From the human T2T-CHM13v2.0 reference genome, Homo sapiens, in assembly GCF_009914755.1 (NCBI RefSeq), contig NC_060928.1: a stretch of DNA of 64,000 nt; one strand, given 5' to 3'. Positions 43,650-56,714 of this stretch are shown piece by piece. The position numbers were made by a program, and so were the translations under genes. The notes under the pieces were generated by a model. The model ran no database searches. It was not told the DNA's origin and saw only the letters and a program-made list of their open reading frames with translations. Numbering within the stretch: position 1 is the first letter of the stretch; each line of letters opens with the position of its first letter.

Positions 43650-44742
43650 CTATCCTTCCCCTTTTGATGGCTTCGGCAGTGTAAGACTGCCACCTCCTTG
43701 AGTTTTTGCACTGCATGCAATAAATAACTCCATGATTTCCTTGTGGTATTTAATGGGGGTTCCCCCAGAGTTTAGGAACTCCCTTTCTTTCCATATTGCA
43801 GCATGGGCATGTAGGATTAGATAATCATACTTGCTATCTGTATACACATTTGTTCTTCCCTTTCCCAGTTCTAAGGCTCGGGTAAGTGCCACTGGTTCTG
43901 CTAACTGGGCGCTGGTCCCTGAGGGAAGAGTCTTACTTTCAAGTACAGTTATGTCACTAACTATGGCATAACCTGGCCTTCGTATTCCATTCTCCACAAA
44001 TGAACTTCCATCTGTATATAGGTTAAGGTCAGGATTAGCTAAGGGGACTTCTAAGAGCTCACCTTGGGCAGCATAAGTCTGGAGTATAATTTGTTGGCAG
44101 TCATGCTCGATTGGTTCCCCATCCTCTGGGAGAAAAGTGGCAGGGTTGAGGGCTGCACATGTATGTATTTGAAGCACTGGTCCCTCAAGGAGTAGCATCT
44201 GATATCTAAGTAGGTGGTTGTCTGATTAGCCATAAACTTCCTTTGGCACCTAGTATGCCATTTACATCATGAGTAGTCCAGACAGTGAGATCCTTTCCTT
44301 GTATTAGTTTGATAGCCTTTGACACTAAGACGGCCACCACCACAACTATCCGTAAACAATGAGGCCAGCCCTTTGTTACTATATCAATTTCCTTACTTAG
44401 ATATGCCACTGGTTGTGGGGTTGTCCCACGAATCTGAGTAAGGACTCCAAGAGCTATCCCTGCCCTCTCTGTGATGTATAAAGAGAAGTTTTATCCTGTG
44501 GGAAGGCTTAAAGCTGGAGCTTGTACCATTGCCTGCTTTAAGGTTTTGAAGGCTGTTTCTGCCCCTGGTTCCCATTCTACTAGATGAGTATTTGCTCTCT
44601 GGGTCTCCTTGATTAGAGTATAGAGGGGCCTGGCTATCTTACTGTATCCACGGATCCACAGTCGGCAAAAGCTGGTGATTCCAAGGAACCCCCACAACAG
44701 TTTTAATGTCTTAGGGTAAGGATAAGCCAGTACAGGCTGTAT
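43650..44742 (-). pseudogene. HERV9 pol connection/RNaseH fragments
   Basis: GFLGITSFCRLWI, AYLSKEID...GWPHCLR, LYTDGSSFVENG, SAQLAE, NVYTDSKY, ILHAHAAIWKER in several frames. Confidence 0.9.
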
Positions 44743-45826
44743 TCATTCCTTGCTGAGGGCCCTGGTCCCTCTGGCTAAGATTAGGCCTAGATATTTGACC
44801 TGCTGTAGGCATAGCTGAGCCTTCAACCTAGATGCCTTGAACCCTTGATTAGCTAGAAAGTTCAAGAGATCTAGAGTAGACTCCTGGCATGAGGCTTCTG
44901 AACTGGTAGCCAAAAGTAAATCATTCACATACTGAAGGACCAGAGTACCTGGACTTAAGAAGTGGCCTAGATCTTGGGTCAGTGCCTGACAAAACAGATG
45001 AGGGCTATCCCTAAACCCTTGCGGCAAGACCATCCATGTAATTTGGGACATGTAGTCTGTGGGATCCTCAAAGGCAAAGAGGAACTGGGAGTCATAGTGC
45101 AAGGGAATACAGAAGAAGGCATCCTTGAGGTCCAGAACAGTGAACCATTCTGCTTCCTCTGGTATTTGAGAGAGCAGGGTATAGGGGTTGGATACAACTG
45201 GATATAGAGAAATTACTGCCTCATTGATGAGTCTAAGCTCTTGCACTAGTCTCCACTGACCATTTGGTTTTTGTACTCCTAGAATTGGGGTGTTGCAGGG
45301 ACTGCTAAATTTCCTTATGAAGTCTTGAGCTTTTAAATGTTTAACAATATCCTGTAATCCTTTATGAGCTTCAGGCCTTAAGGGATATTGCCTTTGATAA
45401 GGAAAAGTGGTGGGATATTTTAGCCTGATTTGGACTGGGTGGGCATTTTTTGCCCTTCCAAATTGTCCTTCCAATGTCCAGACTTCGGGGTTGACTCCCT
45501 CCTCAAGTAGGGGACAACAAATGGATAACTTGTTCCCCATATTGATGTAGACAGTAGCTCCAGCTTTGCCTAATATATCCCTCCCTAATAAGGGTGTAGA
45601 ACTTTCAGGCATAACAAGAAAGGCAAGTGAAAAGAGCAAAGTCTCCCAATTACAACTGAGGAGGTGGGAGAACTGCCTGGTTACAGGCTGTCCCAGGATT
45701 CCTCGGATGGTGACGGATCTTGAGGACAGTCATCCAGGACAGGAGATTAACACTGAGAAGGCTGCACCAGTGTCTGGGAGGAAGTTTCCTAGCCCTCAAT
45801 GGTTAAACTTACCTGGGGCTCAGTGA
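44743..45826 (-). pseudogene. HERV9 protease C-terminus plus reverse transcriptase (298-aa open stretch)
   Basis: TPLLGRDIL, SPCNTPILGVQKPNGQWRLVQEL, FTVLDLKDAFFCIP, VLPQGFRDSP, LQYVNDLLLA (YxDD changed to YVND), VKYLG. Confidence 0.92.
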
Positions 45827-47280
45827 GGGTGATGACATGAGCTAGTGCTTGCCCCAGGAACCCTCAGTCCTGTTGTTGGATCATCTGGTTGGGGGCTTCT
45901 GGCCCAGAGAATCATTGCAATCTGGGGCAGTGTGCCTTCCAGTGATTGCCTCGGCATAGTGGACATGGACAAGGGGCAGCTTGTTTCACATTGGACCATC
46001 TTTTTTAAAGTGTCCTTGTAAACCACACTGATAACAAGCCTTACAGAGTGATTGGCCTGCTCCATTTTCTGTCCTCTCTGGACCACGAAGGTTTGTTTGA
46101 GGGCCATGACTAAGGCTGTGGCCTTTTTCTGATCTTGCTTTTCCTTTTGGGCCTGTTCCTCTTGGTCCCTATTATAGAACACCAAGGTTTCCAGGTTTAA
46201 TAATGCCTCCAGATTTTGTTCAAGGCCCAGGGCTCACTTTTGGAGCTTTCTTCTGATATCTGCATCTGATTGGGTAATAAGCTTATCTTTTAGGATCAAT
46301 TGACCCTCTACTGAGTCAGGTGACAGGGAGTATATTTTCTTAAGGCCTCCCATAGCTGCTCGAGGAAGGCAGAAGGTTTTTCTTCCTTTCCCTGAGTTAT
46401 GGTGTACATCATTGAATAATTCATGGGCTTTTTCCTAATTCTCCTTAGTCCTTCTAGAACACAGGTCAATGATGTTTACGACTCCAGTCCCCATGATCTG
46501 AGTCGAGGTCCCAGTGGGGATCCATACTAGGGATGGCTTGCTGACCAGTAGGGAATTTGTCCCTTTCTTCAGCTGTCATTCTATCATTTACTTGACTAAG
46601 ATACCAGGTATCTCCAAACTCTCAGGCTGCAGCTAAAGCTGCATTCTTTTCATTAAAGGCCAGGGTTTGATCTAACAATAGCATGACATCTCTCCAAGTG
46701 AGATTGAAGGTTTGCCCTAGACCCTGTAGAACATCTATGTACTTATCAGCATCTTCTGAAAACTTCCCCAGGTCTGCCTTGATCTGCTTTAAATCAGAGA
46801 GGGAGAAGGGGATATGTACCTGGGTTGGGCCAAATTCCCCTCCCCCTACAGCTTGAAAAGGACATAACCAATAGCCTGGGGGTTTTTGTGGTCCCTTGGA
46901 GATTTCTTTGCTTGTTTCCTTCTGGGTGGAGGAGATTGAAGGAGGCTTATTAATAGGAAAGGGAGCTATAGGGAGGCTAGGATATGGGGGTAAGCTGAGA
47001 GGTCTTCCTGCGGGATGCATATTGCAAGCTTTGCATAGTTGTGTATTCTCCTTCAATGAAAAGAAAGCTTGGACATAAGGTATTTCACTCCATTTGCCTT
47101 CCCTCTTACAGAAAAGATCAAGCTACAGGATAGTATTGTAATTTATACTTCCCTCAGGTGGCCATTTTTCCCCATCAGAGAGAGAATATTGGGGTCAGGC
47201 AGTAGTGCAGAAAAAAATGAGCCACCTCTTTTTCAGGGTTTGTGGGTCAAATTGGTCCCAATGGCTTAGGATGCATTTCA
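45820..47280 (-). pseudogene. HERV9 gag, disrupted
   Basis: [60 protein letters not shown]; multiple frameshifts. Confidence 0.88.
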
Positions 47281-48435
47281 ATGGTGAGCCTGTTGATGCC
47301 TGAGTGTTTCCCATCTGAAAGACGGAACTGCCCATGGTTTTGGTTTGTTTGTTTCTCCCCCTGCCCAAGAACCCACAACGGTCCCTGGACCCTGCTGATT
47401 GGAATAGTTGCGCTCACCGACGCAGCAGCAGAAACACTAGTTTTCCTCCTAGACCACAAGGAGGACTGAGGAAGGTCAGATTTAGTGGTCCTTACTGACG
47501 CATTCTCAAAAACCTCCACCCTTGCCTGTCCTCCTAGACCACAAAGAGGACTGAGAAAAATCAGATTTAGTGACCCTTACCACTGACACATTCTCGAAAA
47601 CCTGTTAGAGTCCTAAGCATTCTCCTGTTAGTATTGAGACCTTACTCGAGTCAATACCCCAAAAATGAAGTGGAGGGCCATACCCTGAGGGAGGGAATGG
47701 ATCTTCAGAGTTGGAAGAGTGGAGCCTTTTGTCTTCACTTATATGAATAGGAAGGATATAATTTCTGAGGCTTCCCATATCCTACCTTCAGGAATAGCTG
47801 TTGTTAGGCCTGTTTGTCTGAGGAGGGATCCTAAAATTCCAGATAGTCCCCACTATGACAGGGCTTTGGGCAAAAATTATGTCTTTCTGATTGGTGAGCC
47901 CAGGTGCCTAAAGAAGGTAACAGAGTCCTGGAGTATATAGTAGAAATCATTCTTATAGGAGAAACTAGAAAAGTACCAGAGACAGGGAGTGGTTTTTAGA
48001 AGCGGGACTAGCCTCAGAGAAGAGAGGCGAGAGGAAGTTTGTCTGACAGGCATTAGGACCCAGGAGGCAAGGGTCAGGACAGATAGGATAGATGGGCGAG
48101 TCTCGCTTCGGTGACATGACTTTGAGAGTTCTGCTCATGGCCACAGGGTCAACCAAATTGCTGTCAGGACCCCGGAGCTGAATGGCTTTCCTCTCTGTCA
48201 ACTCTCGGCTCAGCCCAGAAGTACAGGAAAAGTGGAAACTGGTTCCAGGCAAACCAACGCTCTGAACTCCGAAGAGTCAGGGGTTATTAGAGAGCTCTTT
48301 CCCAGAAAGCCTGACATCCATGTCTTTAGTCCAGCAGCCACGTTAATCACTTTTAATGGGCTGAGAGATGCCTGATATTTAGCCCCCAAATTCTAAGGAA
48401 AAATAAGACAGAATAGCAAGCAAAAGGGTCCGATG

Positions 48436-48473
48436 GTACTCACTGCTTCGTGATTGTCCCATCTGGGTCACCA
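48436..48473 (-). promoter_or_regulatory. tRNA-Arg-type primer binding site and candidate major splice donor
   Basis: Minus strand reads TGGTGACCCAGATGGGAC (48473-48456) 3 nt after the LTR, then GCA|GTGAGT. HERV9 is known to use a tRNA-Arg primer. Confidence 0.8.
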
Positions 48474-48476
48474 AAA

Positions 48477-49180
48477 TGTGTCTGGAATTGGTTCCTTCCG
48501 GTGAGTTCTTGGTCTCGCTGACTTCAAGAATGAAGCCACAGACCCTTGCGATGAGTGTTACAGTTCTTGAACATGGTGTGTCTGGAGTTTGTTCCTTCAG
48601 ATGTTCAGATATGTCCAGAGTTTCTTCCTTCTGGTGGGTTCGTGGTCTCGCTGACTTCAGGAGTAAAGCCACAGACCTTCACAGTGAGTGTTACAGCTCC
48701 TAAAGGTGGTGTGTCCAGAGTTGTTCATTCCTCCCAGTTGGTTCATGGTCTCACTGACTTCAGGAGTAAAGCTGCAGATCTTCACAGTGAGTGTTACAGC
48801 TCATAAAGGTAATGTGGACCCAAAGAGTGAGCAGCAGCAAGATTTATTTCAAAGAGCGAAAAAACAAAGCTTCCACAGTGTGGAAGGGGACCTGAGCATG
48901 TTGCTGCTGCTGGCTCAGGTGGCCAGCTTTTATTCCCTTATTTGGCCCTGCCCATGTCCTGCTGATTGGTCCGTTTTTACAGAGAGCTGATTGGTGCATT
49001 TACAAACCTTTAGCTAGACACAGAGTGCTGATTGGTGTGTTTTTACAGAGTGCTGATTGGTGCATTTACAAAGCTTTAGCTAGATGTAGCACTGATTGAT
49101 GCGTTTACAATCCTTTAGCTAGACAGAAAAGTTCTCCAAGTCCCCACCCGACCCAGAAGCCCAGCCAGTTTCACCTGTCA
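48477..49180 (-). mobile_element. LTR12-family 5' LTR of HERV9
   Basis: Direct repeat of 41590-42294; 4-bp TSD CTCC at 41586-41589 and 49181-49184. Confidence 0.95.
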
Positions 49181-49375
49181 CTCCCACCTCAGCCTTGCCA
49201 GTAGATAGAGGTGTGTGCCACCACGCCTGGCTTATTTTTTTATTTTTTGTAGAGGTGGGGTCTTGCTTTTTTCCCTAGGCTGGTCTCAAACTTTTGGCCT
49301 CAAATGATCCTCTCATCTCAGCTTTCTAAATTGCTGGGATTACAGGTGTGAGCCTGTGAGCCACTGTGCATGGTG
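49181..49375 (-). mobile_element. AluJ-type SINE, remaining part
   Basis: CTCCCACCTCAGCC...TTTTGTAGAGGTGGGGTCTTGC...GCTGGGATTACAGGTGTGAGCC resumes the Alu broken at 41589. Confidence 0.9.
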
Positions 49376-50662
49376 AGTGACCTGATTTTGTATTCCACAA
49401 TGGAGAAGTGGAACAAAGATATTGGGAGTTTGTCTTATTATAGCAAAAAGCTTGAGTGTGAATATACAGTTCATATTAGTGACATTTGTGTACTTTGATG
49501 TGATAGTAAATTCACAGTTCATTGCAATTCTACTTCTAATTTTCATGCACATCAAAGAATAGAATGCTCAAATATCTTCATTTTCTCAGCTAATAACTCT
49601 GCTCTGCATAAATCACAATGCTGAGCACAACAAATCTGAGGATAAAAAGAATTTTAATTTCCACATACTTTAAAAATGCATATTCTTTTAACCTGCTAGT
49701 GTCATTTGTGCAGTTAGTTATGACTACTTAAGTACAGAGGACTGCTTTAAGTTGTAAAGGCTACAATGGGCCCTCAATAAGGTGGGACAGGTATGCATTA
49801 CAAAGAAATTATTTTCTATTCACTTAGAACAAAGGCTTTGTTTTGACAGATTATGATTTAAGTTCTGGCTCTACTGTGTACTAGTTGTGGTTTTCTGTGA
49901 ATTATTTAAACTCTATGGAGATTTAATGAAAAAAATAATACTTTCCCTAAGATTTTCTACTAAGTAATATAGGTAGAAGATATAACCTCGTGACTGGTAC
50001 TTTATATGGCATTGGTGATTGTCATGATGCCAATTATTGTCATTAATTCTAACATCATGTAAATTATCTGCCATATTGAGTAAGTCTATTTCGACTAGGT
50101 TGTCAATTTTGGAATTAAGTAAGGGATTTTTTAAATGTAAACTTGCCTAGGTTCTTCAATTAAAATGTATGCCAACAAGTGGCTAGTAAATGTGTCAGTG
50201 TTGGGTGGGGCAGTACTTCTTCCCTACTCTTGATGTCTCCTTTCATGCAGAGATATCTTTAATAGTGGAATTCTCCTGGCCACTCTCTACCTCCTTGCAC
50301 ACTTTGCCCTATGGAGGATGTGTGATTTAATTTGAGGGGTGAGTTTGGTAGCAGGAACTGTGTATGCATATCTCCTCCACTTCTTCTCCTTGGACAGTGA
50401 GCTGCATGTAAGGAATACACATTTTCCTTTCTCCATCCACACTGTTCATCCTGTGGGGCAGCCCTGCAGGTAGGGAGGTCTAGTCAGGACCAGTACTGGT
50501 ATGCTGGTGTGTGCATGTCTATCTTGTTCTGGGTGTCTATGTTAGGTAGCCCACTTGCCCATACATTTAAACCACATTTTTCACTTCTTATCTCGCTGAT
50601 AGAAATTACACTTTTAGCAGTATTCACCCTTATGTGGGAGACAAATAACAGGTGATTAGTAA

Positions 50663-51001
<339 letters not shown>

Positions 51002-52479
51002 AGAAATTAGGACATTTTGAAAAAGCCATAGATGAGTGAGAAACCTTGGACTATGAAAGCATACCAGCGTTCATATTGAGAAACATATCATAGATGTTTC
51101 TTCCAATGGAAAGTACTTTATACCTCACCATGTGTCTCATGTAAAAGCAGTTAAAATCTCCAGCCATGGCAATCTTATGTTGCCATTTTGGCCACGGTTT
51201 AGAATTTACAAAGTTGACCCATAATTAATGATGTCTTTTGGTATTAACTATATTTCTTCTAAATAGGCACAACAAAAGTAAGCAAGCCGATAGGTGACTG
51301 AATTAGCTGTGGTTGCTATTTGTTTTCTATGTTATTTCTCTAATTTCTGTAAGATTCTCCAAGCTGGATAGTGTAAATCCCATTTTACAGATGTTGAAGC
51401 TAAGGCTTGAAATGGTTAAATAACTTTATTAAGGAAACAAGTGGATTTTCAAATCAGGATTTTTCAAAAACTCATACCTGACCTGTGTTGTTTTGCTATT
51501 TCCATGCTCATGTTCTTTCTATCATACTTTCTCTTTAGAATTAATATGATGTGAATTCAAATCCCATTCTATTTACATTTTTTGATTAGGGCATTGAATT
51601 TGTTTACATATCAATGACATTTTGTTTACTTTGCTCTGATAGTAACTTCAGAGTTAATTGTAATTCCAATTCTAATTTTTATACACATCAAAGAATAGAA
51701 ATATAGAATACTCAAACATCTTAATTTTCTCAGCTAATAACTTTGCTTTGCACAGACTACAATGCTGAGCACAACAAATCGGGGATCAAAAGAATTTTAA
51801 ATCCGACATACATTAAGAATTCACGTTGTTTTAACTTGCTAGTGTCATTCGTGCAGTTAGTAACATGACTACTTCAGTACAGAGAACTGTTTTAAGTTGT
51901 AAAGGCTACAGTGGGCCTTCAATAAGGTGGGACAGGTTTGCATGAGAGAGAAATTATTTTCCAAGGTGGTTGTCAAAAGAGGGATACAAACTAATGGTTC
52001 ACAAATAGAAGCTGTGATGAATCTAGGATCTAAGGCTGCCCACATACATGGGGTGAATTTCTTAAAAGGAGTGTATAGGCTAAATACAACCATTGTTCTG
52101 AGTTCTAAATATACACTGCATTCAAGAAGTAATAAATACAAACAATATCCCTTTTATTTAGCGTTTTAGACCACTTTCATTTCTACTATCTTACAGAAAA
52201 TGAATGAAAAATACCTCTTCAGATGTGGTGAAATATTTTGAAAAATGTGATAGGGAGAAATCTGATAGTTTTATCATTCTTTCTCTTATCAACTTTGCTA
52301 TTCTCTTTAGGGTAGCCACCCCTGGGTAGGGTAGTCTTGAAAGCTAACGAAACAGGTTTATATCATGTTTGTTTTTCATACAACGAGTGTTTCCTTCCTT
52401 TGTAAATGTCTCTTGAGCCAGATACGTTGAACAGAAGCAGGGATACAGAAGAGTATAGCTCCCAAGAGGACAGGGAATG

Positions 52480-52640
52480 GCACAGTTTGGGTGCCTGCTC
52501 TCTCCTTAGTGACTGTGCAGCCCAAGACAAATTCCTTCTGTTCTCTGAAACTTGTTCCTCATCTGTAGAATGAAAGTAATGATATTACTTATTCAATATT
52601 TATGTAGTTATTATCAAGAATAAATGGAAGGCATCTAAAA
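52480..52640 (+). mobile_element. MIR remnant
   Basis: TCTCTGAAACTTGTTCCTCATCTGTAGAATGAAAGTAATGATA. Confidence 0.55.
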
Positions 52641-53149
52641 TCTCAAATACATTGCAATGACTTCAAAACATGTTGGATATTATGATGGTAGTTATTGGCT
52701 ATATTGTTCAAAACTGCCTTTAAAACTGTTATGATTTATGAAGATTTTAAAGAAAACTAGAAAAATTCAGTACCTCTCAAAGTAATCATTAACTTTCATC
52801 AACTTATCATCATTGACATTGTTATTCATAATCCTTGATTAGGATTTATGTTTACCAACCACACTTAGATGTCTATATCTGAGTGTTTCTGTCTAACAGA
52901 GGAAGTATTTTCATGTGAATCAACTTCAAAGCTTTCCTTTTGCCTTTTCCCAAAATGTATAAGAAGGCTTGCCCAGAATATAAAGATGCTATTAAAGGCA
53001 ACAAACCCTAGGGCAACCTTCCCTAACACAAATTTTTTGGCTCCTTTTCCTTGTTGGAATATAAATGACAGACCACGTTGTATTCTCACTTTAGCTTTGT
53101 CTCTTTTAGCTAGAAATTTGCATATGATGAGGAAACTTGCTAGAACTGT

Positions 53150-53310
53150 CTCATTTGTCCAAATCCCTTCAATTTAAAGATCAGAAAAGAAGGACTTGAG
53201 CACTAAGAGGCTTTGCCAAGGTTGTACAGCCAGTTAGTGAGGGAGCTGAGGTAAGACCCAAACCTTCCCGACTCTCAATCTAGTGCAGTTCCCACGAATT
53301 CCCTGATGCC
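53150..53310 (-). mobile_element. MIR remnant
   Basis: TTTGCCAAGGTTGTACAGCCAGTTAGTGAGGGAGCTGAGGTAAGACCCA. Confidence 0.55.
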
Positions 53311-56300
53311 TCTCAGCTGGCTTCCTAGCTGTCATCCTACTACCAGATTTGGCATAGGCACATTTTTGTTAAAACTAGACAAGCAAGAACAGAAGTATTG
53401 TCTTATTCACAACATTATTTACCACCCGACTCCTCTCTCTTCATACCATTGTCTGCTGGACATGAGCATAAATTAAGATGTAGGTCTTGAAGGTAGAGCT
53501 AACAGTTGCTCTTCCAAAAACTTAGAAATTAGGAATTTTAAGGATGCAAATATAGATGTTTGCTATGGCTCTGAGAAAGTTGCTGGTACATTAAGTTCGT
53601 CTCTATACCAGATAAGATCCCTTAGAGCCTTTACTCTCTTCATCCCATTTCCTTGCTATAAGAGCCTTTCAAATCATTGATCAGGACAAATTCTCCCAGC
53701 TAAATATAATTAATTAAAAGAAATCTCCATCCATGTATTTAGAACAAATGCATACAAAATTTATCTTTGGGCTTTGGATCCTAATGTATTTTTAAAGGCA
53801 AAATAATTTATGGAAGGAACCTGTGGTCACCCTAGCCTTAAACATTTTTGGGGGAGAAATTTTAGATTTTTTTAGTCTGTGTAGAAATTAATTAGAAAAA
53901 TCAGATTGTTCAAAGTTAATGAAAATGCTGCATTCAACTTTTAAATATTGGTATGTGTTGCTGAATTTCCTCAGCCAAGTTTCTGAGTCAAAGCTGAAGG
54001 ACATCATTTCCCAGTTCTGGTTTATAAAGTCTCTTCCTCATAAGGTCTTCCTTCAAGAAGAGCAGCTACTCAAAATGAGAAGGGAGGAATATTGAGTAGA
54101 AATGATGACTCATTACCGCAACTCCCAGCAATAGAATAATCCATTCACACAGTTCTGTTTTTCTACGCCCTTATGCTAATGAATCACTGCTGTTTACTGT
54201 TTGGGGAGTAGCACCTTTCAACACCTGTAAGAAAGAAATGCTGTTTGAAAGCTTGCTTCTTGGGTAGAATGCCAAGATGTTTTGTGACATGCCCTACTTC
54301 CAAAAAACCTCATAGCAGAAAGGACTACATTCATATTCTCAACTTGCAGACTTCTCTTAGGTAGGGACTGCATTCCTCCTGGAAGTGTCTTACTGGAGTG
54401 AGGTCTGAACATGTTTGCATCACTGTCACTGTCAAGCAAAACAGACTTGATTGGGAATGAATTTGTTCATATTGACTCTGGCTTTTTAAAAGTAAACAAG
54501 TACAAATAAGGAGGTATAATATTAATGGTTTTGCATCTTAAGGAGAATTTATTATGTTTTGAATTTATTCTCTTGGCAATATTTGTCATTCATTCTTTGA
54601 ACTTTCCAAGAAGTTTTGGATCAAGATAGTAGTTATCTCTTTCCTAATTAATCTTGGTCTGCAAATTTAGACATCTGAAATCAATTCTAGAAGCATCCAA
54701 TTAAAAAAACAAGTTGAAAAATAAGTAATTTGATCTCTGGGAATATCACATCTAGCTATATTAACCTAGAATTGCTCCGTTTTGCTCAGATATTTCGTTC
54801 CATCATTTTGATTCTTATGATTGCATAATAAAGAATAACAAACTCTGTCAGGTTTTTTGGAACTGATGAATAAGGTATTTTGCTTCCCAATTTGACAGTT
54901 TATCAGAGTATGGTAATTCACTATGATGTTTCTCTAAGAATGTGTATTATTATCTCAATAGAGTTTTTGGTAAGGAAACAGGTCATCAGCATATAGATAT
55001 TTGAGAATTCTATCTATAAGAAAGTAAATGTGAGTGAAGAGATTCTCTTTGAGAGTAGGATGTGATGTCCTCCAAAGAAATAAATAAGTTTGGAATACAA
55101 AATTGGAGACCAGCATAAAAACTGTGTTTCCTTAATGATGCTGGGGCAGTAGTAGCCCTAGAATCCTGACCTCCCAAGTCTCACAACTGGCAGAAAGAAT
55201 TCTCCTAGAGAAAGGCAGTATCTCCAGTTGGACAGGAAAAAGAGCAAATAATACAATGAAATTGTTGGGGATTAAATGGAGGCTCAAATAATCTCTTTCC
55301 TTTTAGGTTGAGTACATTTGTTTTCTAAACAAATGGAAAATTGGTCTTAGAAATATATTTTAGCTAGTGTGGTGTTTCTACTTAGAAACCATTTTAAGCC
55401 TAGTCATAGTTCCAGATGGCCATGATGGAAATCATTCAACTCAATCAAGAGGTAAAACTAAAATATACAGCTGGGCCTTTGCCAGGATTTTGTTGTATTC
55501 TGGAAATACTGAATGTTTTAGGATCTCTAATATGTGTGGATGTGGTGCAGGGATATAGTACCTAGGCACGATGTGGCTATACTATGACAAAAACAGCTAC
55601 ATCAATGCCTGGTCACTCATAAAGCAAGTGGATCTATGGCAATGTAATATAGTCTCCATTTGTGTTCCTTGGGTGAACTCATTCTATCAGGGACTGCTGG
55701 CAAAAACAACAACAAAAGATTGACATACTGACCATTTCCATAGAGCTGTTCTTATTGTTGTAGTCCTGGTGCTCTGGGGATGATGAAAATAGATGGATTT
55801 TTGTGGCCCTTGTTCACTGGAAATCCATGATAACACAGCTGCACATCTAAAATTATAGTAATTTAAATCTTTCTTCCTCGTATGCTAGCCAGAGACTAAT
55901 TCATGTCTAAATTTTCCATAATCACTTGTCATTCCAAGACACATTAAAGCATCTAATGTATTATCTTTGAGGATTACATCCGGTCAAAATATAATGTTCC
56001 TCCATAGTTTGGACTTTGATTTTTTAATTGAATTTAATATTTATTTAAAATATATACACACCAGGTATTTGCCAGGTACTGGCAACCTAGGTTTCAGTAT
56101 TGTGAGCACACTAGAGCATAGGAGTGAGTGAGAATGAGAGGCTTTTTGTCTTTAAAATAGATGTCTTCCTAGGAGTTGCAGGGGCACACAAAATCTCTGA
56201 AATATGTTTGAGCTACAGGATCCTTAGTTTTGTAAACTATGGAATATTATTTCCTTTCTCGTGGCCTCATGTTTCTTTGTAAAATGGAGATAATACTTAT

Positions 56301-56714
56301 ATTACATGGTGCTTCTTAAGATTAAATTTAATGTATATAAAGCACCCAGTGCCATAACTGACAGAGAAAATGCTCAGTGGAAGGCATTTATTTCCATTGT
56401 TACTCTGGTTTTTGAGAGGAACATGCTTTTCTAGAAACTGTAGGATGTTTTTAATACAGCATCAAGATTTTGATTTGTGTGGAACTCTTCGGGCTTATTA
56501 ACTCAGATTTGAAAAATCTGTGGGGCATAAAGGACCCTGACACCAACCCAAATCCCTCACAAAAAGAAACGGAGATAACAGAGATTCCTCCTGAGTACAG
56601 GAGATACAAAAAGATACGTTTCCCTTTGGGAAAATCAAGTGAAGGAGTGCTACTGATAGCATATGGAAGAGTGACACAGCTTTTGCCCCTGGTCCAGCTC
56701 CTAGGGACTCATGC

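Larger units (their letters stand above)
42295..48476 (-). mobile_element. HERV9 internal region lacking integrase and most of env
   Basis: Leader, gag, pro, RT and RNaseH fragments between two LTR12s. After RNaseH comes a GA-rich non-coding stretch and only a short env-like 3' end. Confidence 0.92.

Noticed and set aside
47447-47602. Tandem ~70-bp duplication (TCCTAGACCACAA...CATTCTCRAAAACCT)
   Set aside because: Lies within the HERV9 leader and is probably a family feature; nothing shows it to be locus-specific.
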